Assembly: GCA_963796275.1 (NCBI GenBank) | Contig: CAWCKY010000006.1 | Location: 1,088,001-1,152,000, forward strand | From: an uncultured Acidobacteriota bacterium | Lineage (GTDB): Bacteria; Acidobacteriota; Blastocatellia; RBC074 | Reading direction: 5' to 3' | Length of the DNA: 64,000 nucleotides | Part shown: piece by piece, positions 9,920-19,646 of the stretch | How the letters are laid out: each line of letters begins with the position of its first letter | How positions within the stretch are numbered: position 1 is the first letter of the stretch | Made by a program: the position numbers and the translations under genes | The notes under the pieces: model-generated | Told to the model about the DNA's origin: nothing | What the model saw: only the letters and a program-made list of their open reading frames with translations | Databases searched by the model: none

Positions 9920-9988
9920 GTCGGGTGCCGGTAGTCGGTTCATAGTTTTTTTTAATCGCTAATGCCACCGACAACCGACAACCGGTAC
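9920..9988. repeat. Heptamer-based palindromic element after argJ
   Basis: gtcgggtgccggtagtcggtt ... gccaccgacaaccgacaaccggtac; same unit family as 5752-5825. Confidence 0.55.
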
Positions 9989-9993
9989 TTTCT

Positions 9994-10020
9994 TGCAACC
10001 ATCGGTACGGTAACTACGTA
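9994..10020 (+). promoter_or_regulatory. Putative ECF sigma promoter (TGCAAC-N17-CGTA) upstream of the TolC gene
   Basis: tgcaac catcggtacggtaacta cgta; same spacing as the motif upstream of pspA. Confidence 0.45.
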
Positions 10021-10355
10021 AATTGTTGACGGCAGATGATGTAAAGGCGGTTCAAGCGAGGTCGCCGGCATCAACCGGTTCTGACAATTCCGACAAGGGG
10101 CGTGATAATTCGGCTATGACGTCACATGAAAACATGGCGACTCGAAAAACGCTTACCGGGGATTCCTCTTCGCCCCGCCCTGGCTATTATGACTAGGCCC
10201 CTTCGGACTTGGCAGGATATTGAAACAATTAGCCTTTGTAACTATAGCGATAGTGTAACTATAGCAATAGCCTGTTGCGCGCAGATCGAGATGCTGCGCT
10301 AGATTTTTCGAAATTCGACAAGTTTCGACAGAGAAGATCAAAAGGGAGAAGAAAT

Positions 10356-12186
10356 ATGAAGACTGAAAGTCTCAGAGTTTTGATGCTACACCCCCGCCAG
10401 TTTGTGAGCCTGGTCCTGGCGTGTGCGCTGCTGATATCGTCAGCCGCAATGGCGCAGACCCCGACGCCGCCTCAGCAGCCGGCACAATCGGTTACGACAC
10501 CTTCACCGGAATCACCGCCGATCCCGGAGCGATCGATCGGTCTCGAGCCGGGCAAGATCGTACGATGGTCGATGCGCGACGCTATCCTCGCTGCACTCGA
10601 AAATAACGTCGACATCGAGCTCGAAAAAACGAATGTGCGGATGGCGCAATGGAGCGTGCTTTCCGCGCAGGGAGTCTATGATCCTATCCTCACTCCCACG
10701 ATCGGGTACGGAGCGACGAGTCAAGCGAACACGCGGTTATTCTCAGGTATTGATGACACCAGCGCGGCCCTTAATAGCAAACAACTGATATACAATTTCC
10801 AATGGGATCAGCCAATTGAGAAGACTGGGGCCAGTTATCAGGTCCAATTCAATAATGAGCGTTTCACCAACAATTTCCAACAACTGTCGACGGGATATAG
10901 CCCCAGCGCGACCTTTTCAATTGAGCAACCTCTCTTCCGGAATTTCAAAATCGACCCAAATAGACGGGCAATCAAGATTGCCAAGAAAAATCTGGATATC
11001 TCAGACGCCCAATTTCGCCAGACAGCGATTCAGATCATCGCGACTGTGCAGCAAGCCTACTGGAACCTTTATGTCGCGATCGAGAATGAGAAGATTGCGC
11101 GTAGCGCGCTCGCTCTGGCAGAAAAGCAGATGAACGACAACAAACGCCAGGTCGAAGTTGGCACGCTTGCCCCCATTAAATATTACAGAAGCTGCGACTC
11201 TGGTTGAGACAAACCGGTCGCAGGTCTTCACTCGTATGAATGCAGTAGCGCAGGCTGAAAACCAGCTTAAGGTGCTCACCACCGATGGTCCTAACGCGGA
11301 TATATGGAAGGCCAGGATCGAAACGATCGAGCGATTTGAGGTCCAATCGTACGCAATGCCGCTCGATGATGCGATGAATCTGGCGATTGAGAATCGACCT
11401 GAAATCAGACGACTCACTCTTCAGAAGGAGTCGAACCAGATCGACATAGATTTTTTACGTAATCAGGCCAAGCCGCAGATCAATTTCGTTGCCAACTATA
11501 ACTTGTTCGGTGTCGGTGGAACGCCGCGCACTAACCCAGTCATAAATACACCCTGCCCTCTGAGCACCACTGTTGATATAGGCGGCCAGAGAAACTGTCT
11601 CGATATACAACCCGTCCTTATGAATGGGGTTTATACGCCTCAAGTCATTTCAACGCCTTACGTGGAAACACCAGGAATTTTTGAGCAACCCACGTCTGAC
11701 AACTTCCGCGGGGGATATAACAGGGCGCTTCGAAACCTGTTCAGCAATGATTTCAGGAGCTGGAGCGTTGGGATTAACTTCAGTCTACCTCTGCGAAACA
11801 GGGTAGCCAAAGCCAATCTCGGGCGCGCTCGCGAACTGGATAGGCAAAACGAACTGCTGATCCGACAACAATTGCAAACCATCGAGGTTGAGGTGCGCAA
11901 CCAGGTGCAGGCAGTCGAGACTGCGAGGCTGAGTATGGAATCAACGCGCCAGGCCCGTAAATATGCGGAGGATCAGTACGAAGGCGAGAATAAAAGGTTT
12001 CAAGCCGGCCTTTCGAACACGTTTTTGGTGCTGACCCGTCAAAACGATCTCACCGCTGCCCAGTTCAACGAAAATAGTGCTATTGCTGATTACAACATAG
12101 CAATTGCTTCGTTGCAGCGCGTACTCGCGGTCACGCTCTCAACCAATAATATCGATATAGCTGATCCGAAGCAGCCAATGAAGTAG
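10356..12186 (+). CDS. TolC-family outer membrane efflux protein, split by a +1 frameshift near 11170-11180
   Basis: Signal peptide, then AILAALENNVDI and VEVGTLAP in one frame. The protein continues as NITEAA...ENKRFQAGLSN in the next frame. One extra base lies in CCCCC or AAA. Confidence 0.85.
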
Positions 12187-12205
12187 ATAATCAATGCCAA
12201 GGGTG

Positions 12206-12256
12206 GTAGCGAGCGAGGCTTTGACGAGCGGATTCGTTAAAGACCTCGCTCGTTGC
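12206..12256. terminator. Long GC-rich hairpin downstream of TolC
   Basis: gtagcgagcgaggctttgacgag pairs with ttcgttaaagacctcgctcgttgc; there is no clear U-tract. Confidence 0.5.
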
Positions 12257-12272
12257 TGCACTAGGGAAACCT

Positions 12273-12371
12273 GCTCACAGTAGATGTGTGGAGAGCGTGG
12301 AGACAACGCGGAGAGAGAGTCGTATTTAATCTCTGCGCTGCCTCAGCGATCTCCGCGCCTCTGCGGTGAGC
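12273..12371. repeat. Degenerate palindromic intergenic repeat (GCTCAC..GCGGAGAG / CTCTGCG..CTCTGCGGTGAGC type)
   Basis: The ends gctcac and gtgagc are complementary, with internal GAGAG/CTCTGCG units. Confidence 0.45.
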
Positions 12372-12587
12372 CGCTTTCGGTCACTGAGTTTTCTTGAAAT
12401 TATTGCAGGCTCGCTGCTTCTTGACTTCGGCGTTATGTTGTACGATGCCAATCTCTTGCCTCTATCGAATGGACTGAACCGCAGGCTCTTTGCCGTGAAT
12501 CCTTTAGAGATAAAAATCTGAGTCGTGAAAAAGATTTGACCTTGACATGGATTCGCCGCTTCCTAATCTTGAGGCAATTGACAGACA

Positions 12588-13133
12588 CTATTCAGACTTC
12601 TCATCTTGTCTCTCAATAGGTTCGGCTTGAGCCCGACGTTCTTTCTCCTCTTTCCTCTGCCGGTCCAATTCAAGAAGTCGCTCGATTACATCAGGTGAAA
12701 CATGGAAGTTTGTAGTTGATACAAGCCTCTCGCACGCCTCAGTAAGATCCAGGCGGTTATCCCTTGATGCCTCCGCTAAAATATTCAAGGTCGTGATGGC
12801 GTGTATGTTTCTTTTGGTCGCCTCTCGGATTGCTATCCGGTCATCTAACAATAGTGCATCAGCGCTAAGTTCTATAGCGAGGGCGATCGCTTCTCGTTCT
12901 CCTGCGCCGAGTGCTCGGTCAACATCAAGAAGAACGATAGAAGGGGTTTTCACTTCTACCCACTCAGGGCGCGCGGTTATCCAGGTTTTGACCTTCTCCG
13001 GCGTTCTCTCGTGCTGAAGTTCTCCAAGTACAGCATTGGGAATGATGACCCGCCCGAATTGCTCCTTGAGCAATTCAGCTTCATCAATTAAAACGAGATA
13101 GTGAAGAGGACCAGTATCGGAGATGATGATCAT
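12588..13133 (-). CDS. DUF3368 / PIN-domain toxin
   Basis: MIIISDTGPLHYL, VIIPNAVLGEL, LGAGEREAIALA and LLLDD; overlaps the antitoxin stop codon (ATGA coupling). Confidence 0.88.
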   Translation of the reverse strand: MIIISDTGPLHYLVLIDEAELLKEQFGRVIIPNAVLGELQHERTPEKVKTWITARPEWVEVKTPSIVLLDVDRALGAGEREAIALAIELSADALLLDDRIAIREATKRNIHAITTLNILAEASRDNRLDLTEACERLVSTTNFHVSPDVIERLLELDRQRKEEKERRAQAEPIERQDEKSE

Positions 13134-13390
13134 TGACGGTTGGAAAGGGCGTCAAGTGCCTCCGCGCCTCGCTCGATATCCTCATTGCGGAGGTTGATAG
13201 GAGTTTTGTTTATCTTCAGAAAGCCGTATGCTTCATCGATAGAAAATCCGAGAATTTCGGCCAATCGTCCTACGCTGATAACTTCGGCGCGGTAAGCCTC
13301 AAGAGCCGCACGCTCTAATAACTCGCGCGCGATCGCACTACTATCCCACTCAAAGATAGCGTCAGGAATGGTCACTGTCACTTGTTCCAT
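13130..13390 (-). CDS. UPF0175-family antitoxin
   Basis: ALEAYRAEVISVGRLAEILG HTH; 86 aa, directly upstream of the PIN gene. Confidence 0.85.
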   Translation of the reverse strand: MEQVTVTIPDAIFEWDSSAIARELLERAALEAYRAEVISVGRLAEILGFSIDEAYGFLKINKTPINLRNEDIERGAEALDALSNRQ

Positions 13391-13460
13391 CGTTTAACCT
13401 CTCACTAGAGCATACCCTGGTATGGCTGCCCAGGGCAATGAAGGTAAAAATCCGAACCGA

Positions 13461-15317
13461 TTACAGCGCCGTTAATCGTGGCGCGGGCGACTTGCGCTCA
13501 ATCTCAACCTTCGGCAGCTCAGGCGTGAAATCTTCGCCAGGATTGACGAACTGGTCGCGTTCGAATTTGTATTGCTTGTCATAAAGCTGTTTGTACCGGC
13601 CTCCATGCGCCAGCAGCTCTTCGTGCGTCCCGCTCTCCACAATCTTCCCCTCTTCCAGCACCAGTATTTGATCCGCGCTCCGAATCGTCGAAAGACGATG
13701 CGCGATGACGAATGTCGTCCGCCCTCTCCGTAGTGACCGCAGTCCTTCCTGAATCAACGCCTCGCTCTCGCTATCCAGACTCGAAGTCGCTTCATCCAGA
13801 ATCAGAATCTTCGGATCGGCTAGCAGCGCGCGCGCAATTGCGATGCGCTGGCGTTGGCCGCCCGAAAGCTTCACGCCGCGCTCGCCCACGATCGCCTCAT
13901 ATTTATTCTCGAAGCCTTCGATGAACTCCTCACAGTGTGCTATGCGGCTGACGGCCTGGACCTCTGCGAGAGTCGCATGCGGTTTGGAGAAGCTGATGTT
14001 GTCGGAGACCGTCCCATCGAAGAGGAAATTATCCTGCAGCACCACGCCGAGATGCGCGCGATAGTTGCGCAGCTTAATATTTGACAGATCGCATCCGTCT
14101 ATCTTGATCTTGCCGGAAAGCGGCTGATTGAAATTCATCACCAGGCTGATCAATGTGCTCTTGCCCGAACCGCTCGATCCGACGAGCGCGGTGGTTGAGC
14201 CGGCGGCGGTTTTGAACGATATGTTTTTCAAGACTGGCACGCCGGGATTGTATTCGAACGACACGTTTTCGAATTCCACCTCGCCGCGCATCCCGTTCAG
14301 TTCTTGGCGGGTCGAATCCTCTTCATCCTCGGTCTGCATATTCAGAAGCTCGCGGATGCGGTCGAGCCCGGCGAACGCTTCGGTGATCTGCGTGCCGATC
14401 GATGCGATCTCGATCACGGGTATGGCCATCAGCCCGGTGAAAAAGATATACATAAAAAGATCGCCCAGCGTCATCGAGCCCGCGAGGACCGATTTGCCCC
14501 CGACCATGATCATTACCACCCCGATCGCGCCGATGATGACCGAGGAGAATGCGGTGATCGCCGATACGCCGGTCATCGATTTTTTTACATTGCGGAAAAA
14601 TCGGTGTACGCCGCGCGCAAAAACGATCTCCTCGCGCTTTTCGGCCGTGTAGGCTTTGACTATGCGGATGCCGCCGAGAGATTCGCCCAGGCGCCCGGTG
14701 ATCTCGCTGTATATCTCGCCGCGGTCGCGGAACAACGGCCGGAGCCGCTTGAATGCATAGGCCAGTACGCCCCCGAATGTGAGGAGGACGATGACCGTGA
14801 GAGCGGTCAATCGCCAGTTGAGATAAATGAGGACGCCGATGGCGATGGTCGCCGTGATGATACTTCCGGTTAACTGGACGAGGCCGGTGCCGACGAGGTT
14901 ACGCACTCCCTCGGCATCGGTCATGATTCGCGAAATTAGTTTGCCGGTTTGGGTTGAATCGAAGTAACGGATCGGCAGGCGCTCGACGTGCGCCTGAACC
15001 CGCTTTCTCATCTCGGTGATGGCGCGTTGTGCTGCCACGCCCAGCACTTGCGAAAGAGTGAATGACGTGACCGCCTGTAGCAGCGTCGCCGCTCCGATAA
15101 TCAGAGCGATGGGCGTAAGCAACTCGGCGCGCTGTTTTCCGATGACTTCGTCGATGATGTATTTGGAAGAGGCGGGCAGAATCAATCCGACCAGGCGATT
15201 GACGAGCATCAAACTGGCACCCAGCGCCAGACGCCAACGATGGGCGTAGATAAGCCCTCTCGCCTCTCGCCACGCATCAGTAAACTTCAGGGGTTTCTTC
15301 TTTTTCTCTTCGGCCAT
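13461..15317 (-). CDS. ABC exporter, fused permease/ATPase (MsbA/Sav1866-like)
   Basis: TM domain, GSSGSGKST, LSGGQRQR, ILDEATS and IAHRLST. Start placed at MAEEKKK (15317), outside the att repeat. Confidence 0.93.
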   Translation of the reverse strand: MAEEKKKKPLKFTDAWREARGLIYAHRWRLALGASLMLVNRLVGLILPASSKYIIDEVIGKQRAELLTPIALIIGAATLLQAVTSFTLSQVLGVAAQRAITEMRKRVQAHVERLPIRYFDSTQTGKLISRIMTDAEGVRNLVGTGLVQLTGSIITATIAIGVLIYLNWRLTALTVIVLLTFGGVLAYAFKRLRPLFRDRGEIYSEITGRLGESLGGIRIVKAYTAEKREEIVFARGVHRFFRNVKKSMTGVSAITAFSSVIIGAIGVVMIMVGGKSVLAGSMTLGDLFMYIFFTGLMAIPVIEIASIGTQITEAFAGLDRIRELLNMQTEDEEDSTRQELNGMRGEVEFENVSFEYNPGVPVLKNISFKTAAGSTTALVGSSGSGKSTLISLVMNFNQPLSGKIKIDGCDLSNIKLRNYRAHLGVVLQDNFLFDGTVSDNISFSKPHATLAEVQAVSRIAHCEEFIEGFENKYEAIVGERGVKLSGGQRQRIAIARALLADPKILILDEATSSLDSESEALIQEGLRSLRRGRTTFVIAHRLSTIRSADQILVLEEGKIVESGTHEELLAHGGRYKQLYDKQYKFERDQFVNPGEDFTPELPKVEIERKSPAPRLTAL

Positions 15318-15318
15318 C

Positions 15319-15346
15319 AGGATGGGGCGGGTAGTGGGTCTCGAAC
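15319..15346. repeat. att site: 28-bp duplicate of the tRNA-His 3' end plus 4 flanking bp
   Basis: aggatggggcgggtagtgggtctcgaac is identical at 15319-15346 and 20041-20068. Confidence 0.95.
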
Positions 15347-15436
15347 AGTTAACATCTTCCAATCATGTTGGATTCATATTGGATTCAAAGGATTTACCCG
15401 CGTTAAAATCTCCTTATTCCATTGGTTTCAATCGTC

Positions 15437-15458
15437 AATGTGTTCTTGAATGTGTTCT
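15437..15458. repeat. Putative integrase arm-type site (tandem 12-bp unit)
   Basis: aatgtgttcttgaatgtgttct, identical to 19987-20008. Confidence 0.75.
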
Positions 15459-15483
15459 CCAAAATCGATGAAAGGTGAAAATT

Positions 15484-15870
15484 ATGTCAAAGGAACGATC
15501 CGGATATACATATTTCGACACGCGTATTCAACGCTGGATTGCACGTGTCAGCTTCATAGATAAGCAGGGTAAACGAAGAAACCTAAAGCGACAAGCAGAA
15601 TCCGAGTCGAAAGCGGAATCGCTTTTGCGGCGGCTTGTCGGATCGCTTGAAACTGAGGAGAGCAGAATCCAGGTTGACTCTGAGCGAATGACGTTTGAAG
15701 AATTGACGGATCGATATTCCGCGCTGAAAGTTATCCCCGCTGAGTATCGCAATGACAGGAAGGTTTGCGGAATGCGACATCCCGATAAAGTGAAATTTCG
15801 CATTGCCGCATTGCTGGCTTTTTTCGGAAAGATGCGAGTGCGCACTATCACAGTAATTATTGCTAATTGA
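15484..15870 (+). pseudogene. Truncated tyrosine integrase (arm-binding domain and start of core-binding domain only)
   Basis: RWIARVSFIDKQGKRR...MTFEELTDRY...LLAFFGKMRVRTIT, then a stop. No catalytic R-H-R-Y domain follows. Adjacent to the att site. Confidence 0.75.
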
Positions 15871-16315
15871 AAATGTCACAGCCAACATCGTTGATAACAT
15901 CCAAATAACCCCAGATTGCATTTAAATAAATTTTGACGGGAGTAGGTTTAAGCAAAGGCGGGGAGTCTCGAAACGGAGGCTACACTTACACGGGGGAATT
16001 TTTGAAATTGCGTAGAATCTAACCCGGCAGTCAAACCCTCATAACAACTTCGATTAACCTCTATCTTGATTTTATAATTTTTATTACTGCTGTTGTTTAT
16101 TGACAAGAGAGTTATTTATGAGAAATCCTGCACTTTGTACGCTTGCCACCGTCTGTGGGAAGGGTGAAGATTCTTCGAGCGGAATCTACTCTCCTATTTC
16201 TGAAACGTCAATAGTGAAATGGCGCAGGCGCTATAACCGGATCGTCGAGCTGGCAAAGCTCGCTTTGCTGCGCAATGTGCAAAGCACATAGGAACCTGAT
16301 GAGCAGACCGCGAAA

Positions 16316-16350
16316 ATAAAAAAAAGCGCAGCCGATTAAGACTGCGCTTT
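16316..16350 (-). terminator. Rho-independent terminator after the secreted cargo genes
   Basis: Minus strand AAAGCGCAGTC-loop-GGCTGCGC followed by TTTTTTTT. Confidence 0.8.
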
Positions 16351-16374
16351 ACTCATCCCTTGTTTATAATCGTT

Positions 16375-17304
16375 CTATGGGATGCCAGTAACCTGTGCAG
16401 GCATACTGGTTACTCCCATTAAACTACCGGCAGGAATCATATAATCCCTCTGACCAGTAGATACTTGAACTTTTATCAGCCTAGCTGATGCTCTGAATCT
16501 CCAGGGTAAAGTTACGGTTCCCATTCCCGGTGATGTCACAGTTGGCGTCATACCTACAAGTGCTGGAAATGTTTGGTTTGGATTTATTGCGGGGAAATTA
16601 TCTGGGTTGGATGTGTCTGTTCCATAAGCCATTGTCAGCACATCGTCATTATCCCCCGCAATAAATTCTTCAAAATCGTACTCTATCCTCACCTTGGTTC
16701 CAGGAGTTAACCCATTACTCCCCTTGATCTGAGCTTTAAACATCGTTGTTGCTCCATTCCTGATCATATTTGGAGTAAAGGAGAACGTGCTAGGTAGATC
16801 AAGCCTAATCACTGGGGTTAGTTGGAGCTGCACCAAGAATCCCCCCAAGAGTATTCCTTGTGCGGCTAGGCAAATAGGCGCGCAAGTTCCCTCAAACGTG
16901 AATGGAAAGGCATAGTTGCCTCCGTAGCAGGCAGCAAACCCAAACCAATCGATTAAACCCCCACAAAAATTTACAGGACGTAGAATATAAGCGGAAACTT
17001 GCTTGTATGTGTTCCCCACTACTCCATTTATAGAGATTGGGATTTCAGCAAAGTTTACCTGCCTATTTCTAAACCCATCCAGGAAAACGTTGTTCTCGTA
17101 ATAATCCACAACCACTTCAACATCGTATCTCTCATACACAGGTTGATTTGATTCGATGGCGTTATAGTTGAAAATTAGTGAAGCCTCTTCATCCTGGAAG
17201 ATTGCTCCAACTGCGAAAACTTGTGGCATCTGCTGAGCATTTGCTTGAGATGTAACCAGGAGTACAAAGAAGAGAAGAGTGGTTAATATTGATAGTTTTT
17301 TCAT
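16375..17304 (-). CDS. Secreted beta-rich hypothetical protein with four Cys
   Basis: Sec signal MKKLSILTTLLFFVLLVTSQANA; strong RBS (GGAGG); its start overlaps the upstream stop codon. Confidence 0.8.
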   Translation of the reverse strand: MKKLSILTTLLFFVLLVTSQANAQQMPQVFAVGAIFQDEEASLIFNYNAIESNQPVYERYDVEVVVDYYENNVFLDGFRNRQVNFAEIPISINGVVGNTYKQVSAYILRPVNFCGGLIDWFGFAACYGGNYAFPFTFEGTCAPICLAAQGILLGGFLVQLQLTPVIRLDLPSTFSFTPNMIRNGATTMFKAQIKGSNGLTPGTKVRIEYDFEEFIAGDNDDVLTMAYGTDTSNPDNFPAINPNQTFPALVGMTPTVTSPGMGTVTLPWRFRASARLIKVQVSTGQRDYMIPAGSLMGVTSMPAQVTGIP

Positions 17305-17963
17305 TATTGGTATCTCCTCCCTTGCAGTGCTCCATTAGTTCCTCTGGGTGCATCGTATGGAATTCTCTGAATCCCAGATGCATCTTGGATTTTGGATGTA
17401 AGTTCTTCCTGAACAAATTTCTCAAAATCTACAAATCTCCATCCAAATCCCTCTCTCAGTTTCTCGTAACCACCCATAATTACACTCTTTCTTGCTGTGT
17501 CTAATCTGGTTACCTCTGGGTTGAGTGGTGGAGGTGTGTTGGGGATCGGTTTACCGTTGTATTGATCTTTCCTTGCTTCCCGATCCGCTTTTACCAGTGC
17601 TGTGATCTGGCTATCAAACTGCTTAACCCGATCTACCGTTTCTATTGCCGTTCGATTCAGAAGATCGGTTTCTTGATTGGTTAAGCCTGCAAAAACTTGA
17701 TATCTGTTTTTGTAGATAGCACCGTTTTCCCCATCTGCCTGTAGCTGATCACCCTTTCTTTGCAGCCAAACTATGTGGCGAAACATCATATGGTAAACGA
17801 TGTGAGGAGGGGGAGGAACCTTTGGGTTTGCTTGAGAGGTTACAAAAGGCTGCTCCGCTTTACTATTACTGTGTTCAACTTTACCCTTTACATAATCCCG
17901 TCCAAATATCACCACCAAAGTCAAACTCAGCAATGCGCCGAAGAAGATTGCCGGTTTCTTCAT
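17304..17963 (-). CDS. Exported or membrane-anchored alpha-helical hypothetical protein
   Basis: Start MKKPAIFFGALLSLTLVVIFG (17963); helical body with Pro-rich linkers; translationally coupled to 16375-17304. Confidence 0.75.
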   Translation of the reverse strand: MKKPAIFFGALLSLTLVVIFGRDYVKGKVEHSNSKAEQPFVTSQANPKVPPPPHIVYHMMFRHIVWLQRKGDQLQADGENGAIYKNRYQVFAGLTNQETDLLNRTAIETVDRVKQFDSQITALVKADREARKDQYNGKPIPNTPPPLNPEVTRLDTARKSVIMGGYEKLREGFGWRFVDFEKFVQEELTSKIQDASGIQRIPYDAPRGTNGALQGRRYQ

Positions 17964-18322
17964 TGTTAGATTGTCTCCGTAGAGTGAAGATACAACTGCT
18001 GGTAGATCGACAACGAGGGGAGGCTCGTAGTCGGTTAAGGGGTGGTTGGCGAAGACATCTATAATCCAACCACCAAAGAAAGTCAAGGGTGATGCTACTA
18101 ACCCACAAAACGACATTCATCACCTCTGCCGTCATACTTGGTGCTGTAATCCTGATCATTTGGAAGAAACTACGCATAAAGAAACCTGATCAGAGGATCG
18201 ATCTATTCGTAATGGCTCACATTTCATTTGTAAACGCGGTCATATACGTACCAGTACTGGCTTATGCAAGGAATGTGCTGTCTTCCGGGATTTAAAGATG
18301 GTGCACCTTGGTCTATGGATGA

Positions 18323-19105
18323 CTAACGAAATGTCTCTTGCGCTTTTGAAATAAAAGCGATCTCTCTCCCAGGTGCTTTCGCTTCTGCTTCCAGAAGCGC
18401 TATCTGTTTGTGTTTTACTGAGAACAACCCTTTCACAATGTCGCCAACCTTGCGATCCACAAGTGAGACGATGATTGTTTCCAACGCGCTGATGTTTGTC
18501 TTCATTCGGTGAACTTCCATATGCTGTCGGTATTCGTCAAGCATCCACTCAAGTTTATCCTCAATTTCTTTGGGTGTCAGTTTTGCTATTACGATTTCAT
18601 TCATCCAAACTCGAAACCTGCGGACTTTAATTTCGGTGTCTGGATCGTTCCGAAAATCTATGATCTGTTCCCAAGGTGTAGAATCATCTGGAATTGGTAA
18701 ATGGTTGACGGTTATTTCGATAACATCTCCCGCACCTGCTTTTTGTAAGTAAAGCTGAGGGAATTCGGAACGGAAAAGCGGGTAAGCATCTATTTTTTTA
18801 GTATTTTGATAATACACGCTAAGTGGTCGTAAAAGTAATTCGCTGGAAAACGTTATAGCTGCTGCCTGTACAAAATACTCCATGCTTTGTTTGAGTGTGT
18901 TCAGCATCGACTCTTCTATCGGGTATTTTTCCCTTAGTTCATGTATTAAATTTTCCGCTACCCTGCGCTGTTCGGCGAGGTCCTTATAGCGCTTTGACTT
19001 ATTTGTCGCGTCATCAAGCAAATATTTTGTTTCGTCGTCTAGTGCATTATCTTCGTATAACCCCCACGGGTTAGAATCAAAAATAATTCCCTGTTCAATT
19101 AACCT
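18323..19105 (-). pseudogene. 5'-truncated hypothetical protein
   Basis: The frame is open upstream of the track start as LIEQGIIFDSNPWGLYEDNALDDETKY, up to an in-frame TGA with no ATG. The C-terminal part contains LPIPDDSTPWEQIIDFR. Confidence 0.55.
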
Positions 19106-19646
19106 TATTCATCAAAGTATTCATTGTTGCATCTGCAATCCACGTAGCTGATGCGACTCCGAATACTGGTCCAACTAAATTGAGTCTCATTATCTCAAGA
19201 TGAGTTATGACGTTTGAAACTTCGCTCTGTTTCACGTCGATCTTTCCGATGTGGTTTGCTGGTAGTGATTGTAAAAGCTCGAATAAAGGTTGAACTACCT
19301 TTTTCCGCTGTTGAAGAGTCAAATCATCTGCAAAGTTAATGGCAACGTATGCATCAGACAATTCCGGTATTGGATTATTTGTGAGGTATTCGTCCAGATA
19401 GTTTGCTAGTGATGCTATATCGGATTCGCTTTTGGATAGTCCTCTATCTGTGATTTCGGTTATTTCAACTGCTAACATTGTTCCGTCAATTAATTCGCAA
19501 AGAATGTCAGGGTTCGGAGGATTGAGCTTATTGATCGAATCCGATTTAACCTGAATACGGGAAGCTTCGACAAAGCGGTTGAATAAGTGTATCTCTTCTT
19601 CGTTTTGAGCTTTGGATTTTTCCTGCATATCTCTTTCACCTTTCAT
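19095..19646 (-). CDS. Hypothetical protein with a possible PD-(D/E)xK-like motif, probably 3'-truncated
   Basis: PNPDILCE...LAVEITEI; ends abruptly where the neighbouring start-less frame begins. Confidence 0.5.
   Translation of the reverse strand: MKGERDMQEKSKAQNEEEIHLFNRFVEASRIQVKSDSINKLNPPNPDILCELIDGTMLAVEITEITDRGLSKSESDIASLANYLDEYLTNNPIPELSDAYVAINFADDLTLQQRKKVVQPLFELLQSLPANHIGKIDVKQSEVSNVITHLEIMRLNLVGPVFGVASATWIADATMNTLMNKVN

Noticed and set aside
15319-15346. A second tRNA gene
   Set aside because: Only the 3' part is present, so this is an att duplicate.
15318-15362. Track's extended N-terminus of the ABC exporter ([15 protein letters not shown])
   Set aside because: It reads through the att/tRNA duplicate and island DNA; the ATG at 15317 is more plausible.
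16100-16291. ORF with an HTH-like ISETSIVKWRRRY, possibly an IS remnant
   Set aside because: Too short, with no terminal inverted repeats or catalytic domain visible.
18089-18295. 68-aa hydrophobic ORF inside the island
   Set aside because: No recognisable motif and it opposes the neighbouring genes; it could be real but cannot be supported.
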